This document shows positions 58,970 to 64,000 of a stretch of 64,000 bases of DNA, one piece after another; the stretch's first letter is position 1, and every line of letters begins with the position of its first letter. The DNA is taken from contig JBBSVN010000005.1 of the NCBI GenBank assembly GCA_038046765.1, forward strand, positions 1 through 64,000, in the 5' to 3' direction. A model generated the notes under the pieces. It saw only the letters and a program-made list of their open reading frames with translations. It did no database searches and was not told the origin of the DNA. The position numbers and the translations under genes are program-made. This stretch comes from Candidatus Micrarchaeota archaeon. Lineage in GTDB: Archaea > Micrarchaeota > Micrarchaeia > Anstonellales > Bilamarchaeaceae.

Positions 58970-59863
58970 ATGACTAGAAACCGAACCCTATGTAATACTC
59001 CAGTTCATGCTACTTCTAGGTCTTATGTTAATTTAAGGTCTAGCGACAAAATTGAGCTATTACGAAAAGGTCTTGGAAAAAAATTACTTGTTGACGTTAA
59101 TCTTGCTAATTTAGTTCGTGATTTATCAGCTACGCCAGAAGGAAAACGAGAACTTCTAAAGGCGTATTACGATCATGTTTCTGGTAATTTAGATCAAGTT
59201 TTTGGTGTTGAAACTGCACATTACGTTGCACTTTATCAAGCCATATCTGGTTCTAGATATTTTTTCGAAGGAAATATCCGAATTTTAGATCCTAGTTGTG
59301 GTACTGGCGAGCTCGCATCTATTTTACTAGGTAAAGTTTGGCGTGATGTAAATGATTCATCTATTAATGGTCCTTTTATTACACCAGCTAATCCGCCCGA
59401 ATTAGTTTTATCTGATCTTTCAGGAAGAATGGTCGTCAGAACAAAACAAAAAATTAGGGGGTTACTTAATCGCAGAAAGGAAATGCGAAGACGAATACAT
59501 ATGGAACAAAAAGATCTTTATACTTATAATCCTCAAGAAGATGGTAAGTTTGATATTGTTATGATGTCTCAATCCTTACCTTTCTTAACTGACCAGGAAC
59601 ATGCACTTAAGATTGTTTTTGATATTTTAAAACAAGGAGGGAGATTTTTTTTAATCGAAGAAGATCATTTTGTTATTAGTTCAGGTACTTCTATTAGTCC
59701 ATATAAATTTATTTATGACATTATTAGTCCACCCTCTAATCGAAACCCTCCAGATGTTATTCGTCATATGGCCGAACAAGTCGGTTTTATTTCCCGCAAT
59801 CGCGTGACTGCGCAAATAGATTCGGATCATAGTTTTTGTGCGCATTCTTTTTTAAGACCTTAA
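58970..59863 (+). CDS. Class I SAM-dependent methyltransferase
   Basis: ILDPSCGTG, SDLS..M, FDIV, LKQGG; start at 58970 after SD GGAGGT. Confidence 0.8.
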   Translation: MTRNRTLCNTPVHATSRSYVNLRSSDKIELLRKGLGKKLLVDVNLANLVRDLSATPEGKRELLKAYYDHVSGNLDQVFGVETAHYVALYQAISGSRYFFEGNIRILDPSCGTGELASILLGKVWRDVNDSSINGPFITPANPPELVLSDLSGRMVVRTKQKIRGLLNRRKEMRRRIHMEQKDLYTYNPQEDGKFDIVMMSQSLPFLTDQEHALKIVFDILKQGGRFFLIEEDHFVISSGTSISPYKFIYDIISPPSNRNPPDVIRHMAEQVGFISRNRVTAQIDSDHSFCAHSFLRP

Positions 59864-59864
59864 T

Positions 59865-60353
59865 TTAACCTAGCGGGTTGTAGTCATAAGGTTGCTTATA
59901 TGTAAATAATATTATTGAAGTGTTTGTCCTGATTATATCTGAATTTTCAATTATTTTTCTTTGAACCTGACTCATCTCATCTCTGTCCTTGACTCTAAAT
60001 AATGCCGCAACGTCATAATTTCCAGTTATTGCGTATAATGCCTGTATTTGTGGTATTTTTGTTATGCTTTCAAGTTGTTTTAAATCTCCGGTTCTTCCTT
60101 TTTTTACCTTCATGAGTACAAGTGCATGAGTATCCCAACCCAATTTTCTAAAATCAATATCTATTGAATATTTTTTTATTACTTTTTGTTCCTCCAGTTT
60201 CTTGATTCTTTGTATTAATGTGTTCGGGTGAGACCCCACTTTCTGAGCTAGTTTTCTTATTGATTGTTTGCTATCTTGCCTAAGTTCTCTTAATATTGCT
60301 AAATCTATCGCATCTGCAACAAACTCTATATTACTTTTTGTCATGTTAATCAC
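59865..60353 (-). CDS. Lrp/AsnC family transcriptional regulator
   Basis: IDLAILREL..DS...LA...RIKKLE...I; ITGNYD. Confidence 0.92.
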   Translation of the reverse strand: MINMTKSNIEFVADAIDLAILRELRQDSKQSIRKLAQKVGSHPNTLIQRIKKLEEQKVIKKYSIDIDFRKLGWDTHALVLMKVKKGRTGDLKQLESITKIPQIQALYAITGNYDVAALFRVKDRDEMSQVQRKIIENSDIIRTNTSIILFTYKQPYDYNPLG

Positions 60354-60481
60354 TCTTATATAAATAGTCCTAATAATATGTTTTTGTATGTTCTTTTTTT
60401 AAATACATTGTTATTTTTTCACAGTATTTTATACAAAATATATAAATATTCCACTTTTCTAAAGCGTTTTAGGTGTAAACT

Positions 60482-60901
60482 ATGAGGAGTGTAACTATCT
60501 TAGCGCCGGACCGAGAGGGTCTTCTAGCAGATATATCTTATGTTCTTGGTAAATCAAACATTAATATCGAATCATTGAATGTTGATGTTCTTGGGAACAG
60601 AGCAATTATCTCTATACTGGTTAAGGATCAGAAAAGGGCAACTACTGTTCTGCAACAAAATGGTTTTGAAACTGCAGAAAATTCACCTTTAGTAATTAAG
60701 GTTCCAAACAATCCGGAAGCACTGCCTCAAATTGTTGCGCGTTTAGATCAGCAAAAAGTACATGTTGAAGAGCTGCTTATGCTTGGCAATGATTCATCTA
60801 TAGGTATATTTGCAATAAATGTAGATAAACCAAGAAAAGCCGTAAAAATCCTTAACGATGTTTTAATTAATCCTAATATTGCGACATTACAATTTCAATA
60901 A
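60482..60901 (+). CDS. Tandem ACT-domain protein
   Basis: DREGLLADISYVLGKSNINIES and a second PNNPEAL repeat. Confidence 0.85.
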   Translation: MRSVTILAPDREGLLADISYVLGKSNINIESLNVDVLGNRAIISILVKDQKRATTVLQQNGFETAENSPLVIKVPNNPEALPQIVARLDQQKVHVEELLMLGNDSSIGIFAINVDKPRKAVKILNDVLINPNIATLQFQ

Positions 60902-60911
60902 ACTGATTTTG

Positions 60912-62015
60912 CTAAGTTGTAATTTTATCTAGCTGCTTACTTTTTATTCCCTGTTTTATTTCCATCGCAATTCTTCTGCCATAGCTTAAACTGTCTCCGA
61001 AAAGGTAGCCAGAATATGGCGTATAAGCAGTTCCGGGTGATCCAGGAATTCTAAATGAGATATCAAAACAGAAAAACTCTTCCTTACCGCCACTGTTTGT
61101 TATCGCTCCTTGCAATGCAAATGGTCCGATAATTCCTGGAGAAAATTCTTTCTTACAAATATCCACTAATTTTTGTGCACTTTCGAATATATTCTCAAGT
61201 AAACTTTCTCTAAGCGTGCATGCGATATGTCCAACTTCTATGTTATTTACTGATAAATTCTTAATCGAAAGTTGTTCTCGAGCTGGCAATCTTAATACTC
61301 CATCTAAATTCGTCTGCCTTCTTGTGTCTATTCCAAGTAATTCTAATTCTTTTTCTATTGGTGAATAAAAGAAATTAAAATTAAATTGCGCACCGACTAC
61401 AAATTCCTCAATTGTAGCTATCTTCAAATCTTCTCTTTTTATTTTTCCTTCTTTTATGAGTACCTCACTTTTCTCCACATACTCATCATAACTGCCCGCA
61501 AGGAAAAATGCTCTTTCATAGCTGCGTGCTGCTTCTTTTGCCTTTACAATAACTAACCTGTCGATTTTTTGAGGTGAACTTATTTTTTCGGGTTGTTTTA
61601 TCCCACCTTTAGTCATAAGATAATGTTGGTTCTTACTTTCCTCCCGCTCTTCAGCCCGAAGCAGATTCCGATTCCCAAAAACAGGTATATCAAATTTCTT
61701 TTCGATATTTTCATATCCCAAATAAACTGCAAAACTTCTGTTTGGTACAAATATCGCATTCTCATCCTGGAGTATTTTGATATTTTTAGGTTCAACTATA
61801 TCTACGAATTTTGAAACTAGCATATTCTTGTCTACACAGCCGATTTCAGTTTCTCCTCGTGGTCTGGTTTTATAGTGCTGTGTATATGTTTTATCTCTGC
61901 CTTTTTGTGCAACGACTATTGTCCTAAAGCCCTCTTTTTTAGCTCCCTGACAAACGTCAAGAGCAGAATGTGAGCCTATTGTTGCTATAGTATAATCCTT
62001 CATAAAATCATCCAT
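60912..62015 (-). CDS. Second PurP-family ATP-grasp protein (PurP-like)
   Basis: GSHSALDV, VPNRSF, YERAFF, D.RRQTN.DG, GIIGPFALQ, RIPGSPG. Confidence 0.9.
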   Translation of the reverse strand: MDDFMKDYTIATIGSHSALDVCQGAKKEGFRTIVVAQKGRDKTYTQHYKTRPRGETEIGCVDKNMLVSKFVDIVEPKNIKILQDENAIFVPNRSFAVYLGYENIEKKFDIPVFGNRNLLRAEEREESKNQHYLMTKGGIKQPEKISSPQKIDRLVIVKAKEAARSYERAFFLAGSYDEYVEKSEVLIKEGKIKREDLKIATIEEFVVGAQFNFNFFYSPIEKELELLGIDTRRQTNLDGVLRLPAREQLSIKNLSVNNIEVGHIACTLRESLLENIFESAQKLVDICKKEFSPGIIGPFALQGAITNSGGKEEFFCFDISFRIPGSPGTAYTPYSGYLFGDSLSYGRRIAMEIKQGIKSKQLDKITT

Positions 62016-62030
62016 GTTCTATTCATATCA

Positions 62031-62798
62031 TTACTTTGCTTTTATTAGTTTAAGTATGTTTTCCCTACCCTTCTTTATCCTTTTTATTAAACCAAGAACT
62101 TCCATTTCAGATATAATTAAACTCATTTTCGTTTCTGAAAAGTTTAAGATTTGACGTAGTTCTCTTTGAAGAATTCTGCCTTCGTTATCCTGCATTATTT
62201 TTACTATTCTACTAATTTCCTCATCTGGTTTTTCTTTTATTATACCTTGCTCTTCAATATTCTCATCATTGTCATTTTTATTTTCGAGAGTTTTGTTGTT
62301 ACTCGTTTCAATTGCCTGCGTTTTTCCTAATTTTTTTACTAATATATAAATTGCGATTGCTAATCCAATTAATCCTATAATTAAGAATCTATAATCTTCC
62401 AAATTTCCCTTAATTATTTCATTTTCATTAGGTAAGTCCTGATAATTATCCAATATATCATCTATTTGGTCGGGAGCTAAAAGGACAATGTCAAAATTCG
62501 TTTCATTTCCCATTACATTTATGGGATCTTTTGAATACAATAAGAGTTTTCCGGATTCGAAATAAGATGCACTTATATTATAGTTCCCTTCACTTAATTG
62601 TACTAAGTAATTTTGGTTCGCGATAAATTGGGTTGTCCCAACTCCTTCTATCTTTATGATTGTATTATTTATAAGTTCAAAATTCTCTCCATTGATTATG
62701 TCTCCATAAATAGTGGTGGCATTTAGTAAAGTAAGAAATAACAGAAAAGAAGCCAAGATCACAATGTTCTTATTCGTGGATTTTGTTTTTATCTTCAT
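62031..62798 (-). CDS. Membrane-anchored protein with extracellular beta domain and C-terminal wHTH
   Basis: Signal, TM, then GRILQRELRQ.LNFSETKMS...E..GLI.RIKKGREN. Confidence 0.75.
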   Translation of the reverse strand: MKIKTKSTNKNIVILASFLLFLTLLNATTIYGDIINGENFELINNTIIKIEGVGTTQFIANQNYLVQLSEGNYNISASYFESGKLLLYSKDPINVMGNETNFDIVLLAPDQIDDILDNYQDLPNENEIIKGNLEDYRFLIIGLIGLAIAIYILVKKLGKTQAIETSNNKTLENKNDNDENIEEQGIIKEKPDEEISRIVKIMQDNEGRILQRELRQILNFSETKMSLIISEMEVLGLIKRIKKGRENILKLIKAK

Positions 62799-62864
62799 TA
62801 TAAATACCTTCTTAAATTGTCTTTGAAAGTATGTATTTAAATACTATAATCAAAGAACTTTACT

Positions 62865-63338
62865 ATGACTAATACAATCTTAAAATCATTTTTGTTATTT
62901 TTGTTCTTATCAATAATAACTTCTAGTTATGCTTTTAGTGTGCCTGTAACTAAATCCACTCTTCTAAAAAACTATTATGATCAATTTGAGTGTAACCTTG
63001 ATTTCTACATTTCGGTTTCAGAAGGGACGGCAGCGTATGATTCCAAAGCAGCTCCCATATTATCCAAACTAAATACTGAAAAATCTAACCTTAAGTCCTT
63101 TGCTCTAAAGAACGATGCTAAACGATTTAAGAGCTCATTAATCTCCTTTAGGGATCAGGTAAAATCTGTTGCTAAAAATTATAATCTCGTTCAAAAATCT
63201 CTAAGCATCAAACAACCAATTAAACGAAAGGAAATGGCTGCTTTATTGAATAAATTAATCAATGCTAAAAAGTCTTGTCTAGCGCAACAAAAATTAAAAA
63301 GTTCCACGCAAAATTCTATTTACACTCCGTTCGATTAA
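62865..63338 (+). CDS. Hypothetical secreted helical protein
   Basis: Signal peptide ending SYA; TATA-like TTTAAATA upstream. Confidence 0.6.
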   Translation: MTNTILKSFLLFLFLSIITSSYAFSVPVTKSTLLKNYYDQFECNLDFYISVSEGTAAYDSKAAPILSKLNTEKSNLKSFALKNDAKRFKSSLISFRDQVKSVAKNYNLVQKSLSIKQPIKRKEMAALLNKLINAKKSCLAQQKLKSSTQNSIYTPFD

Positions 63339-63379
63339 TTGTTCGATTTGTTTAGTGAACTAAATATAAAACCAAAAAT

Positions 63380-64000
63380 CTAGTTCTTCCTGATTTCAAT
63401 TATTTTTTTATCTAAGTTTTTAAAATTCTTTATTCTGTCTAGTTGCGGGAGAAATAACCTTAATGCAATTTCTATGTTTCTTATTTTTCTTTTTACTTCT
63501 GCCTTTATTCTCCCTGCTTCTATAAACATCCTTGACTTAGCATGTGCTTTTTTAAAATCCCGAAGATGCTCTTTCCTCTTTATTTCTGGTCCGATCATTA
63601 TTCTAAATTTGCTCAATTCTTTTTCTTTTAATCTTAAAATTATCCTTATCTTATTTTCGTTGACATCTATTAAACTTTGGAGAGTTTTAAATCCATTTTG
63701 TCTAAGATAATTATTTAATAATTTTTCGCTTCTTTTTATTTGACCCCACAATATGTCCTCGTTTAAATCTGGTTTTAAGATTTCTAATTCGTATATGTGC
63801 TCATATTTGGCCTTCATCTTAGCAAGCTTTTGCTCAAAAGTCTGGGGGTCATCAAAAAACCTTTTTGTTGGATTTTTCAGGAATTTTTTTGTAAGTTTTT
63901 TAAATATTTTAAAGTTATTTAATGAAAATGCAGCAGCTACATTTCTATTCCTGTCTGTGGGGTCTATGAAAATTAATGGAGCGTTAAATTTTTTTCTAAT
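63380..64000 (-). CDS. cca: Archaeal CCA-adding enzyme, C-terminal part (partial)
   Basis: Frame open to the window edge: APLIFIDPTDRNRNVAAA...DILWGQ...GF...GP. Confidence 0.88.
   Translation of the reverse strand: MRKKFNAPLIFIDPTDRNRNVAAAFSLNNFKIFKKLTKKFLKNPTKRFFDDPQTFEQKLAKMKAKYEHIYELEILKPDLNEDILWGQIKRSEKLLNNYLRQNGFKTLQSLIDVNENKIRIILRLKEKELSKFRIMIGPEIKRKEHLRDFKKAHAKSRMFIEAGRIKAEVKRKIRNIEIALRLFLPQLDRIKNFKNLDKKIIEIRKN

Noticed and set aside
2036..63710. Many short ORFs antisense or out of frame to recognised genes (e.g. 5617-6126, 9301-9711, 48062-48376)
   Set aside because: Shadow ORFs of well-supported CDSs.
1..64000. CRISPR arrays, rRNA genes, intact integrases or prophage
   Set aside because: No regularly spaced 25-40 bp repeats, no long GC-rich rRNA-like tract, and no recognisable cas, integrase or capsid ORFs.

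Overview
AT-rich, gene-dense archaeal chromosome segment. Archaeal origin rests on PriS/PriL, FEN1, SRP54, MBF1, archaeal ThrRS, MAT, PurP, GGGP synthase, CCA enzyme and BHB-intron tRNAs. The overall profile suggests a DPANN lineage such as Micrarchaeota (inference, not a phylogenetic result). It holds about 60 CDSs, three tRNAs (Val-GAC, Met-CAT, Phe-GAA) that each carry two introns, and a compact RNase P RNA. The strongest finding is a 40-nt bulge-helix-bulge (BHB)-type intron inside the protein-coding gene uppS. Its removal exactly restores the catalytic PDG-NRRW motif, implying tRNA-type splicing of an mRNA. The gene sits directly behind a free-standing LAGLIDADG ORF. Other notable items: a DUF3800 gene with a structured 3' element, a multi-branched RNA upstream of thrS, an apparently inactive glutamine synthetase homologue, a circularly permuted DsbA-like protein, an RHH-GGGP synthase fusion, an unannotated Cys-rich 56-aa protein, an orphan att-like site, an ISL3-like remnant, heptamer arrays and a set of orphan signalling-type genes. 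All functional calls come from motif recognition by eye; no searches were run.
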